Source: Octopus bimaculoides (taxonomy: Eukaryota). From it: 53,641 nucleotides of DNA. The notes under the pieces were generated by a model that was not told the origin of the DNA, made no database searches, and saw only the letters and a list, made by a program, of their open reading frames with translations. A program made the translations under genes and the position numbers. The stretch covers positions 123,297,790 through 123,351,430 of the forward strand of contig NC_068983.1 of the NCBI RefSeq assembly GCF_001194135.2. The letters run 5' to 3'. Below are positions 35,835-48,819 of this stretch, in pieces. Each line of letters begins with the position of its first letter. The stretch's first letter is position 1.

Positions 35835-36453
35835 AGGGTGGAGTGAAAATTAAAAAATTGTGGAAATTGAAAATGCCTGAGAGCTAAAATGTTGCTATAT
35901 TTGATTACTAGAAAAATGCTAAAATTTTCGCTGAGATCAATCAAGGGCATTTACTCCCTCAAGCCTCCTAAACTCTGAAAATGGGGGATTTTTGTAATTT
36001 TTTTACAATAACAGAGTTTGTGGGGTTTGAGGGAGTAAATGCCTTTGACTGATCTAAGCAAATTTCCACAATTTTTTATTTTCACTCCACTCTAACACAC
36101 GTGTGTGTGTGTGCAGGTATATAGATTGTGTAATCTAGGTTGGAGTGAAAATAAAAAATTGTGGAAACTGAAAATGCCTGAAGCCTAAAATCTTGCCATA
36201 TATTATTACCAGGAAAATGCTAAATTTTTGTTTGATCAAGGGCATTTACTCCCTCAAACCCCGCAAATGCCGCTANNNNNNNNNNAAAATTTACTAAAAT
36301 CTCCCATTTTCAGAGTTTAGGGGGCTTGTGGGCATAAATGTCCTTGATTGATCTCAGCTAAAATTTAGCATTTTTCTAGTAATCAAATATAGCAACATTT
36401 TAGCTCTCAGGCATTTTCAATTTCCACAATCTTTTATTTTCACTCCACCCTAC
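35835..36453. mobile_element. Nested inverted-repeat (double foldback) element between the two 3' ends
   Basis: Outer arms 35835-36000 and 36286-36453; inner arms about 36015-36095 and 36137-36275; every arm begins tag(g/a)(g/t)tggagtgaaaa. Confidence 0.8.
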
Positions 36454-36751
36454 TTTGTAGACCATATACTCAGAGCATGAGGATTGCTTGGAGACACTAG
36501 GCATATTATTAAAACCTGCCTAGAAAACATCTCCAATGTATGAAACTATTAGTAGCTCATAATTATATGCTGTGTATTTTAAACAATACTCATCTCTCAT
36601 TAGATGGAGTACTTTTTTTGTTAATCTTACCTTAATGGAAAAGTAAACTATATATTAATACATATATTTTTTTTTTTGTTTTAGAAAAATCTGGATGACC
36701 ACAGAGGAGCAAACTTACATAATATAATGCACACGGACATATACACACTTG

Positions 36752-36789
<38 letters not shown>

Positions 36790-37550
36790 TACCCACATGT
36801 GCACACTCACATGCAACACTAACACACACACACACACAGTATGGAGATATTTAAATTAAAGTGTGTTGTATGATTGTTATTTCTAGTTTTATTTGTAAGT
36901 AAATATTTATTTTCTTTGTAGCATAGCACCTGGCATGCTAAATCTTAAATTTCGTAAATATAAGTTTAGTTCATGAATTAGTTTAAAATGTGTAGGAATC
37001 ATCGAGCTGAAATGCTCTTTTCTGAAGAACTCTCATGAACAATAAAAATATTTCTTTTTGTTTTTCTTTGTTTTTCTTTGATATTCTAACTTTTTGTTTT
37101 CATTCATTGGAATAATGTCATCATGGAAACAAATAGAAATTTTTAGATATGCATAAGTAATGATCTGCAAATTTCAGTTGCAGTGACACTTCTAACTACT
37201 GATGAATCCACTTCACTAGAAATCTGATAATAATTGATCATCTGCTTTAAATATTTGATGATCTTGAATGTCTTCCATTTTGATTTTTTTTTTATTTCTT
37301 AAAATATTTTGAAACTTACCTCGTGACTGTAATTAAGTTTTGGTGTTTTCAGATGTCTAAAATGGCTCTTCTATGATACAATTGCTCCAGTTTAACACAG
37401 TTTTAAATGAAGTCACATGCCAGACAAGTACAACTTCAAAAGTATTATTTATTTTTGTGAAACCTTAAAATAAGTATAAATTTAATAGATAACCCTATTA
37501 TGCAATTCCAAGATTTCATATATGAAATGTAGGAATTTGTATATGATAAT

Positions 37551-37556
37551 TTTATT
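37551..37556 (-). promoter_or_regulatory. Candidate AATAAA polyadenylation signal for the VPS4-like gene
   Basis: tttatt on +, about 130 nt past the stop; weak evidence in AT-rich DNA. Confidence 0.25.
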
Positions 37557-37688
37557 TATGTTTAATATCTCTATGACAGTAGAAAGAAAAAAGAAAAAGC
37601 TCAATGTCCAGTAAATTAATTTTTAATGAAATGAATCTAACTTGTAAAAACATGTTAATAAAAGTACTTCAAACTTTACAGAAACATT

Positions 37689-37814
37689 TTACCCAAGCTC
37701 ACCAAACCTTTGGGTAAAGTCTTTGAACTGTTTAAGATCATTTTCACTAACAGTTTTAGAATGTGTCTGCATGGACTTGATGAAATCTTCAAGTGTAACT
37801 TGATGTGGAATAAC
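37689..37814 (-). CDS. VPS4: VPS4-like last exon ([41 protein letters not shown])
   Basis: ttttag acceptor, 126 nt, TAA stop; resembles the Vps4 C-terminal helix ending FT..FG..G. Confidence 0.9.
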   Translation of the reverse strand, partial: VIPHQVTLEDFIKSMQTHSKTVSENDLKQFKDFTQRFGELG

Positions 37815-40800
37815 CTAAAACAGAGTAGTAAATCTATTAAATAGTAATGATAATAATAATTGACTTACTGATCTATTTTTCATATTTCACATACTGATTA
37901 GCTAAATCCAGTTAGTAACAATACACTAATTTAAATTAACTTATTTATGATTTAATATCTAATATTCAAAATTTTTGTTTTCCACTAAACTCATACTTCA
38001 ATTTTTACAATTAAAATAAGTTTTAGATGTAAATTTTCATTGAAATTAGTAAACATGCAATAATTATTCATTAGATTTTGAGACATTCTGAATTTTGACA
38101 CTGAAAGTTGTAATTAATATATTTAATGTATTTAATAAAAACAACATTGTTGATTTTGTGTATTGAAATTATTCTTTTTTTTATATTCCTTGCATATAAC
38201 TCTTTAATTGTGGTACTAAAACTGGAATGGTTTGGGTGAAATTGAGTCATGAAATGGTATACAGTTGTGTTTCAAGAAAAAATATATTTCTTTTTATATT
38301 ATATCTTTTACTTGTTTCAATCATTAGACTGCTGCCATGCTGGGGCACAACCTTGAAGAATTTTTAGTTGGATGAATTGACCTCAGTACTTATTCTTTCT
38401 TTTTTAAGCCTGGTAAATATTGTATCAAACTCTTTTGCTGAACTGCTAAGTTATGGGGATGTAAACACACCAACACTGGTTGTCAAGTGGTGGTAGTAGG
38501 GGAACACACACACACACACATGATGGATTTCTTTCAGTTTTCATCTACCAAATTCACTCACAAGGCACTCAACCCAAAGCTATATTAGAAGACACTTGAC
38601 CAAGGTAACATGCAGTGTGACTGAAACATGAATCATGTGGTTGGGAAGCAAGCTTCTTACCACAGCCATGCCTGTGTCTTTATTGAAAAAAAAAATTATT
38701 ATGAGCAATTTAAAGATCTAGATATACCTTACCCTATCATTTTTTTATAGTGATTCTGTAATGAAATAACATGTCACTGAGTGTGGGACTGGGCCAGCTC
38801 TGACCAAACAAACTTATTTCACCCTTGCCCTTTTTCCCTTTTCCTTTTCTCTTCATTTTGTCTCTGCTCTTTATCTCATCTCTTTTCTTCTCTCTGTCTT
38901 CCTCTCATCTCTTGATCTTTATTTATCTGCCTAGTCCCATTTGAAGTCATAAATAAATTTTGATTGAGTTCTATGTAGATTTTATTGTCCACTGACCTCT
39001 GACCTGCATGTTTCCATAAATTAGGAAAGTTTTCAATGTTTTCACTCTCTTTGAAGATGGCTAAAAGAGGGTTTTTCTACATCTTGTAATCTATTACCCT
39101 AATTAAATTTTGATCACCTGAAGTAAAGGGTTTTTCATGATGTAATCATTGTAATCAAACTATTCATCAATAAAGAATGCATTTGAAACAGCTGTAGTGA
39201 ACCGTTAAACCCATTTGTGATCTTTTACCAATGTGTATATACATATGTGTGTGAAAGAGAGAGAGTTTGTTTCTTACCATTTGACAACTAGTGTTTTATT
39301 TACATCCATGTAACCTAGTAGTTCAGGAAAAGGAAACCAATTGAATTTGTACCAAATTTAAGAGTAAGTACTGGGGTCAACTAAGCCTTTCAAGGCAGAG
39401 TCCTAGCATGGCTACAAACTAATGACAGAAACAAATAAAAGAATATGTATGCAATTGTGTGTATGTGTTTACAGTGAAGCTCATATTTAGCTGCACTACT
39501 TTCATTATGGTAAATCTAGCTCTAGAAAAAAGTTCTATGATGCCTTTGGTGCACTAAGCACATGTTTATTTTACTTAACGGTAAATCCACCCCTGAAACT
39601 GGATTACTGACAACCTAACAATTATTTGGTATGAAACTAAAGAGAAACTAAAGAAACAAAAAATGAAAATGAAACATTAAGAAAAACTTACACTTGCTGC
39701 AGGTAAATCTTTCAGTTCAGTGCGAATAGCTTGAGGATGAAAAGATTCACAGGGAAGGTATTTTCCATCTGCATTAGGTAAAAAAGTATATATGTTTTTA
39801 TATAACATTTAAAAGCTGAAAAGAGTACAACATATGAAGATAATTTAAATCAGTTTTGTGATACAGTAAGAGGGAATTAAAAGAAATTAGAAAGTTATTC
39901 CATCTTTCACTTTTAGAACTGTTCAATTTACCTATGGATTATAATCAAAGAGATAAAAGTTCTTATGTCTATCAACATTCTAAGTAACAATATTGATCAT
40001 CATCATCATCATCATCATCATCGTCGTCGTTTAACGTCCGCTTTCCATGCTGGCATGGGCTGGACGATTTGACTGAGGACTGGTGAAACCAGATGGCTAC
40101 ACCAGGCTCCAATCTGATTTGGCAGAGTTTCTACAGCTGGATGCCCTTCCTAACGCCAACCACTCAGAGAGTGTAGTGGGTGCTTTTACGTGCCACCGGC
40201 ACGAAGGCGAGTCAGCCGGTACTGGCAACGGCCACACTCAAAATGGTGTATTTTATGTGCCACCCGCACAAGAGACAGTCCAGGGGCACTGGCAACAATC
40301 TCGCTCGAAAATATTATATATATATGTTACTTGTAATTTTACACTAATTTCAGTATGTGTTATTTTATGCTAAGTATTTTCATACCTAAGATTTTCCAGT
40401 ATTTAGCACTCTGCATCTTTCTTATAGGTTGAAATAAAGCACCAAGCGTCAGGTTAGCAATATCACTTCCTGAGTAGAGATGTGTCTTTTCTGCTAAAGA
40501 ATCCCAGTCTTCATCTGAGAAGTCCAAACATGTATTTTTTGTATGGATTTTAAAAAGTTGAAGCCTAGCATCTCTGGAAATAACAAAAAAAAAAACACAA
40601 ATCACTATTGACTGAGAATCACTGTGTCAATAAGATTTTGCATGAAGATATAATTTTAGTAAATAACAAGACAGTATTTGTAAAAGTGGAATATCTAGAA
40701 GATTAATTGGCTGATTATATGGCCAGTATTTTTTTCATCACTTTGAAAAAGCTATGAAAAACAAATTTAAATCTGGCAGTATTAAAACTCAGAATATAAA

Positions 40801-40989
40801 GGAATGAGACTCATTGTTATAAAGTATTACAAAGGAATGATATTCAATATTACAAAGTATTTAGCCAACTAAATAAGAAGTATTGTCCATCCTGCTTGTT
40901 TTATTTCCCCAAATCACTGAATATGGAACATTTTTCACTGAGACTGTTTCAGAATGTTTGCCATTGACTATTTCACTGCTTCCATTTAT

Positions 40990-41031
<42 letters not shown>

Positions 41032-42853
41032 TTATAAAACTGGCTTTTTTAAACATTTTCAGTAGCCTACTGTAATATTGTTTAATTATTTAGTATCATA
41101 ATTATGAACAACTGGATATAGGCTTTTTGTAGACCAGTCTAATTCATCCCAGCAAAACTGTTTATACACAATTTTGAAAGATCTACTTGTCTGCAATGAA
41201 GAAACTATCAAGAAATATTGTATGAGGTTATCTATGAAGTGAACCGAAGAAATATCCTTGAGAATAACTATGCTCACATGATTGCCATATGTCAAATGTA
41301 CTATAACACGCTATAACATTATGCTGCTGACATGATTATTTTGACTGAATAAATCCAGTCTTCTGTTCTACATATATCTTATTTATAATTCTAACTCATA
41401 TCAACAGGAAATTAGAAAAAACAAAATACATCTGACTGAATTATAGTTGTATAAGGCTGCTGCAAGAAACAGAAACCTCAGCAATAGTGTCAAATACTAG
41501 AATAGAGTTGAGTAAACTTTTCTCCAAGAAGGCCATCTGACCTTCTGTGTGGGTTCCACAAGTTTGTGTTTGACTAAAGACTAAATTTCTAAATCGTACA
41601 CAAAAATATAATTATCATTCATACAAGTGAATTATTTGCTATACAAAGTTAAGTAACAGATACAACTGAATTTAATGTTATCTTGCTATGGTCAGGATTC
41701 CACTTGCTTCTACATAAAGACAGTGCAGATTTAAGTCTACAATCCAAACTCTTAAAATTTTCTTTCAGATAATTATATGCTTAGAGATTAATTAATTCCA
41801 ATTGGAGATCATTCAACACTGCTTAAATATTAAAGGTAAAAGCAAGTTGAATAGACTGCCTATATATTTAAAATCAGTAAACTGCCTAGAAAATTAATCT
41901 TTAAAAGCAAGATGTCTGCTGTCACTGTTTCCCTAAACAGAAATGTGTAACAAGGAAAAATACTGAAAGTTGTGTTCATTAATTTGTTTGGAAAAGAGTA
42001 CTAGTTGCATTTGAAATGATTTAATTTCCTCAAACAATTCATAAGCAAAAACACTTTGGCCTTGTAACTTAATGGCTCCATTCATTCAATTTACCAAAAA
42101 TATGAACTATAAATACTAAATCACTTAAAAATTCACAACTCAAGATCTTCATTTCAAGAAAGAACATTTTTTTTCTCTCAAATTTAATACACTTTTCAGA
42201 ACATCTCCCAAGTTTAACTAACTATGATGCAGAGCATCTAAATATTCACATTCCATATTATCCAGAAAACTTCTGATTTAACTCTAATTAAGTTAATAAA
42301 ATGTACTCTAGGATCAATTTCATGTGTAATATCCAGGACAGATTTACACAAACATCCTTGATGGATAATGCAAAGGAATGGTAACAGAGTGGATGCTCAT
42401 TTTTCATTTTATCATTAAACATCTTTAAGTGACCAGCATGTTTTCCTATTAGTGAAGATATATGCTTTATTGTAATGTTTAACAACTTGTCCCAATGTGA
42501 ACCAGATCTGTCCAAGCAATTATTATCACTGTTGGGTTGAGGTTTCTTTCAATGGTTCAAGTAGCAGAAATTCTTCTCCAATAGCAAAATTATTGTTAAT
42601 TCCTTAAGTAAATACAAGCAGCATGCTGTATCTTGTATGCCCATGCTTTCATCTCAAGAATAAATTGCTAGCTTCAAGGAGCTTAGAGACAAATGTCATC
42701 AAAATTTCATCAACACAACAAACCATTTCTCCTTCAAACAACTTCAGCATTGTTTATATTTCAGGGCAGATAATATCAATCAAAACATAAAGATGGACAA
42801 AATGCCACTAAACATTTTACCTGGTATGCTAACAATTCTGCCTGCTTACCATC

Positions 42854-42892
<39 letters not shown>

Positions 42893-45800
42893 TCTACTAT
42901 AGGCACAAGGCCTGAAATTTGTGGGAGGGGGACAGTCGATTACTTGACTGGTATGTAATTTATCAACCCCAAAAAGATGAAAGGACAAGCCACTCTCAGA
43001 GGAATTTGAATTCAGAACATAAAGACAGACAAAATATCACTAAGTATTTTGTCCAGCATGCTAACAATTCTGTCAGCTTACCACCTTAAATAATAGACAA
43101 ATAAGTAAATGAAAGTCTTTTATATTTTAAACTTCTTGACACAGCACTGTCTTTTCACAAATTTCATAAATTGCTTCTAAAGTTAATGTTATTAGTCTGA
43201 AGATATTTCTTCAATTTATGCTTTTTAAAAACAGCAATACTGTCTTAGCATATTAGACATACTACTTTACTTCTAATATTGTAAATGAATGTTTGTTTGT
43301 CCATCCATAGTTAAATGCATGTCATTTATCTTTAATTTTATGTGGGGATTTTTCCATAGGTTTTGTGGCATTCATTACTGGAGAAAATTTGAAATATTCT
43401 ATATATTTAAGGATTTGTAAAACACTGAACATGTACTAGAAGACACTTTCTGGTTTGTTTTTAAAATATCAAAATCTAACTAGTTTTGTTAAGTGTATTA
43501 TTCTCTCAAAAATTCTCAAATGCCAAAAATACATGAGACTGTCTTTAGACTGAACAGATAAACTTTATAGGCAGCATGCAACCTACAATCAGTAGTTTGC
43601 TCACCTGTGTTCAGGAGAGATCTTGTAAAAAGAAAAAGTTAATGCTAAGTGTTTGAACCATTTTGAAGCTAGTATCTAGTGAAAAATATATACTCTTCAA
43701 GACAGCAATTGGAAACTAGTTATATCTCATATTATGTTTGAACAGAGTAACAAAACAGTTGCCAACATTAGAACTTGAAATGTTTTAACTTATTATCAAT
43801 GTCCTAACCTTTAGGTATGTGAGCTTTCCTTGCTCATTTCCTTGTTACTGGACTACCAAACCTGCAACCACCTAGTATACTAAAAATGCTAGAACCGACT
43901 GCTTACTTCTAACGATTACATGCCTTTCAGACCTGCTATCGTTTTTAATCAATAGAATTGGTTGTAAGAAATTCATGTCAGCAATAGCAAATTGATTACT
44001 TTCTCAAAGTATTATTTACTTATCAGGAAGTGGAATATAAATCCGTTTCTGGAAACGTCTCAAAAATGCTACATCAAGTTCCCAAGGACAGTTTGTTGCA
44101 CATAGCAGAAATATATTATCTTTGGTCTCTGTGTTGCCAACTCCTTCCATTTGTTTCAATAGTTCAGTTTTAAATCGTCTTGTATGCTCCTCTTCTTGCA
44201 CATTTCTCTTTCTGCACAAACTATCAATTTCATCAATAAAAATAACCTAAACACAAGAAGCAAATCATAGTGAAAATAAAAATCAGTGACAATTGGTAAA
44301 AACTAAATAGCAGTATAGAGATATAGTAGCAACATATTTACTACAATAACTGTAACTTAATCTAAAAATGAAAAAAAAAATGTGTTTCTGTATAGTTAAT
44401 ATTTTATTTTAGTAATATTTTCTAAAGTTCTTACAGCTAAGAACATTACTATAGTAACATTTTTGTTTCTAATCTAGATGCCTTTTCTATGTTGATTTAC
44501 TATTGAATGAAGGATTATACTTAAAACAATGCCAAAAGCGATGGTATAAGAATAAAATATCTGAAATATCAAATTGTACTCAATATTCTAAAGTGAATCT
44601 CATGAAATGGCTATAGTAAATGTTAAACTAATGTTTTAATTAGAGAAATTTTCAATTAAAGCTTTTCATAGAAACAATATAAGTCATAGAAACAAAATAA
44701 GTCTAATGAAATTGTTGAATTAATCTCATGTGTATAAAAATACAGCTTGGACAGGATTTGAACAAAGAAATATGAGGCACAAATCTATATTTTTAGAGTT
44801 TTATCATGAGAAAGAAACAGTTTCTCTTTGCTGACCCTTCAAGACTGATAAAATTAATATGGCTTATATTTAGTTTGAACGTCAGTAAATTGACATCTGC
44901 AATAAATCATAGGCAGTAAGAGAATTCTGGAGAATTAACATTTTGGAAATGACAGATTGAATATTAGTGCTGGGCAGAGGGAATGGGGGATAATAATCAC
45001 TGCACTATGTGAGCACTGATTATAACTATTTGATAATTTGATGGACATGTTGCAAAGATACTGTGTCACCATTGCTGCATAGAGTGCTTGGTACCCATGG
45101 TTGTGAAGGTAGCTTGTTGGATGTGTATTGTGTTGATGACCATCGTCATGTGGTCTAGCTGGTTGTGTGTATAATAAATGAAACGAATCACAAACTGTTA
45201 ACTTTTAGCATATTTATTGCTGAACATGATTTACTGTGTTGGCTGTTTACAAAAGAAAGATACTGATAATATAACTACTGACTAGGAGAAAACCACATTG
45301 TGTCTATAGTAGGCTAGTCATGGTTGCTTGCGTGTGAGTGTCTGAAGTCATTTCTTGCTCAAGGTGGTCAGTCCAAGTGTCTGATGTGGTCTAATCTTAG
45401 CAGTCTGCCTTCTGTAAGTGCCCATGATGGTGTGCATGAATGTTCAAGGCCAATATTAAATATCGGTTATTACTGCAAACTTGGGAAGGTTGATGATGAA
45501 ATTTGCTCTGAAATCATGCATTCAAAGGTAGATGAAACATTCCTCAGTGTTGAAAAGCTGGTTTTAACTGTTATGTCAGGTGGACGAAAAATTTGTGGGT
45601 GAATGTACATGTCTAACCCATTAATAGATATGCTATTAGCATATAAATATCGTAGTAGGGAGCTTGTAGTAGTAAATGTTATGAGCTTTCTGTGTTTGGC
45701 CTTTTGAACTTACTGCTGTTTGCTTGCCTTTGACTTGTGTCCATCGCTATTTTGGAGAGTTGGATTTCATGAGATGATAAGTTGGGCTACTACTGTTGCA

Positions 45801-47189
45801 GTTTTTTGCTGGCCTTTACTTGTGCTGGGCATCACCAATTTTGTGATGGAGATTGAGCACCATTGTTGCATAGAGTGCTTTGTTGCCAATATTGTGGTAG
45901 TAGCTTGTTGAATGTGTATTGTGTTGATGATCATTGTCATGTGGTCTAGCAGGCTGCATGTATAATAAATGAAATGAATCACAAACTTTAACTTTTAACA
46001 TATTTATTGCTGGACATTATTTACTGCATTAACTATTTACAAAAGAAAGATGTCGATATTATAACCACTGACTAGAAGGAGAGAACTGTGTTGTATCCAT
46101 AGAAGGCTAGCTGTAATACATTGTATAAGGCTGTCTGAAGCCATTTCTTGCTCAAGGTGGTCTTGTCTTAGCAACCTGCTTTCTGTGAGTGTCCAAAGTG
46201 GTCTACATGAATGCCCATGGTCATCTAGTTTTAGCTGTCTGTGTGAATACCTGAGGTTAACTACCTAGTGAAATGGGGGTGAAGTTCAGATCATTTGAGG
46301 AATCATCACGCCACCGCTTTGTGCTGATTGATCAATTTATAGATCAATCACATAAAATTGTGGTGGTTTACTCATGATCCCTAACTGAATATCTTGTAGT
46401 TGGAATTCAAATCTCTGCAAACAGATTCAGGAGTGAAATCTAAGTAAGAAAATTTGACAAAAAGTCATCTTAAATAAAGAGTGTGTAATGAAATGTTTAG
46501 TTAATAATGCTTATTTATTATATTGGTGACCTGACACCTTTCCTTAGAGTATGACTGAACTGAAATGCTTTCAACAAGAAATCAATGTTAGGATGTCAAC
46601 TTGGTATACTTTTTTATTGTATTATTAAAACTGCCAGGAAAAATACCTTGTAGTATTTCTTCTATTGCTTTACATCCTGAGTCCAAATCTTGCTAAGGTC
46701 AGCTTTGCCTTTTATTCTTTCAGAGTCAATAAAATAAAGTACCAGTGGAGAAAGGGTCAATGATAACAGCTAAGCTAAACTCCTTCCTCCAAATTTCAAG
46801 TCTCATACCTATGCTAGAAATAATTATCAAACCTGACACCACACTAACTCATTCATTCTACAAGGAAGCACAATTCCCCAAATGTTAGATCATACTTCTT
46901 TTCTGTTAGACCAATAAACACATGTAGATGCTTAATGAATTCTCTTGACATAGGCGCAGGAGTGGCTGTGTGGTAAGTAGCCTACTTACCAACCACATGG
47001 TCCCAGGTTCAGTCCCACTGTGTGGCACCTTGGGCAAGTATCTTCTACTATAGCCTCAGGCCGACCAAAGCCTTTTGAGTGGATTTGGTAGACAGAAACT
47101 GGAAGAAACCCGTCNNNNNNNNNNNNNNNNNNNNNNNNNNNNNNNNNNNNNNNNNNNNNNNNNNNNNNNNNNNNNNNNNNNNNNNNNNN

Positions 47190-47232
<43 letters not shown>

Positions 47233-48097
47233 TTGTGTGTCTGTTTGTCCCCCCAGCATCGCTTGACAACTGATGCTGGTGTGTTTACGTCCCCTGTAAC
47301 TTAGCGGTTCGGCAAAAGAGACCGATAGAGTAAGTACTAGGCTTACAAAGAATAAGCTCTGGAGTCGATTTGCTCGACTATAAAGGTGGTGCTCCAGCAT
47401 GGCCACAGTCAAATGACTGAAACAAGTAAAAGAGTAAAAGTAAACTATAATTAACCTCTTTGAATTTGGAGATAACATTAGTCAGATGAGACTGTTGTGT
47501 TACCTTCCATTCACTTTGTATTATATTCCTAGTAGTAAAGTGTGTTCATTTTCACCTGACCATGTTTTAAGTGCAGTAAATTGGGAGATAAGATTTTTTT
47601 TACCAAAATATTATAGATGAGAGTCATTCATGGCCACAGCCAACCAAATGAGCTGAGTTTTTGCCAAGTTTAATAAAATGTTTAATTTATATTTCTACTG
47701 ATTAAAAACTATAATATATACTGTAGACAGTAAAGATTTATCTGAAACTGGATGAAAAGTACTTTTATATTACAAATGGAGCTAGAATACTAACAAACTA
47801 AGTTAATCAAATAAAAACAACAACTAAATCACAAAACACAAGTCTAGCAAAAGCTCTGTCAAATCTACAAACATCTGACAATACTTACTGATTTGGATTT
47901 GTTTTTACAGGCGTGTTGGAAAAGTTCTTTAATAGATCTAGGAAATATAAGAATGGAAAAAGCATCATAAGCCAGAATTTAGTATGGAACATTGAGAAAC
48001 TAATTTACAACAGAAATAATAACTAAGGATATAGATACACAACAGACACAAGGAAGGATGATGATGAATAGTATAGCTTAAAAATATAATTAACATC

Positions 48098-48129
<32 letters not shown>

Positions 48130-48772
48130 CCTTTGTTTCTCTGTCTATTCCCAATACATTCTCAAATGGCTCAAGCAAATCAAATCAAATTTTACATGGT
48201 AATACTATCAGACCCCGTGAGTGTCAACATGTCATTTTTTGGGATTAAACAATGCAAAATTTGCACTGGTTCTATATTACATGCCAAAACTCAAACAATA
48301 AAAGTGAAAGAATAACATCTATATTGTAATGTGATATATTGTTTCACTTTTATCCTTGTACTTTTAATTCTAACCACGATAACGACATCACATTTTGTAT
48401 ATGACTGTGTATCTGTCTGTGAATGTGTGTATGAGTATATGAATGTGTATGTCTCACAGTGTATGTGTGTCTATGCGCGTTAAGTATGTTATTAAACACT
48501 ATATGTTTCACTTTTATACTTTTACTTTTAATTCTAACCACAATGATGTGTGAGTGTGTGAGTGTGTGAGTGTGTTTATGTCTCACAGTGTGTGTGTGTC
48601 TTTTCGTGTTAGGTACGTTATTAAACATTCAATATGTATGTAAGGGCTGGTCAGTGTCAATACAAAATTTTATTTTCATTTCGATTAAAACAATATAACA
48701 TTTCATAGAGATAATCTATTTACAGAGATGTACTTGCATAGCAAGTGACTTGACCTGAGATTGTGTTCTTGG

Positions 48773-48819
<47 letters not shown>

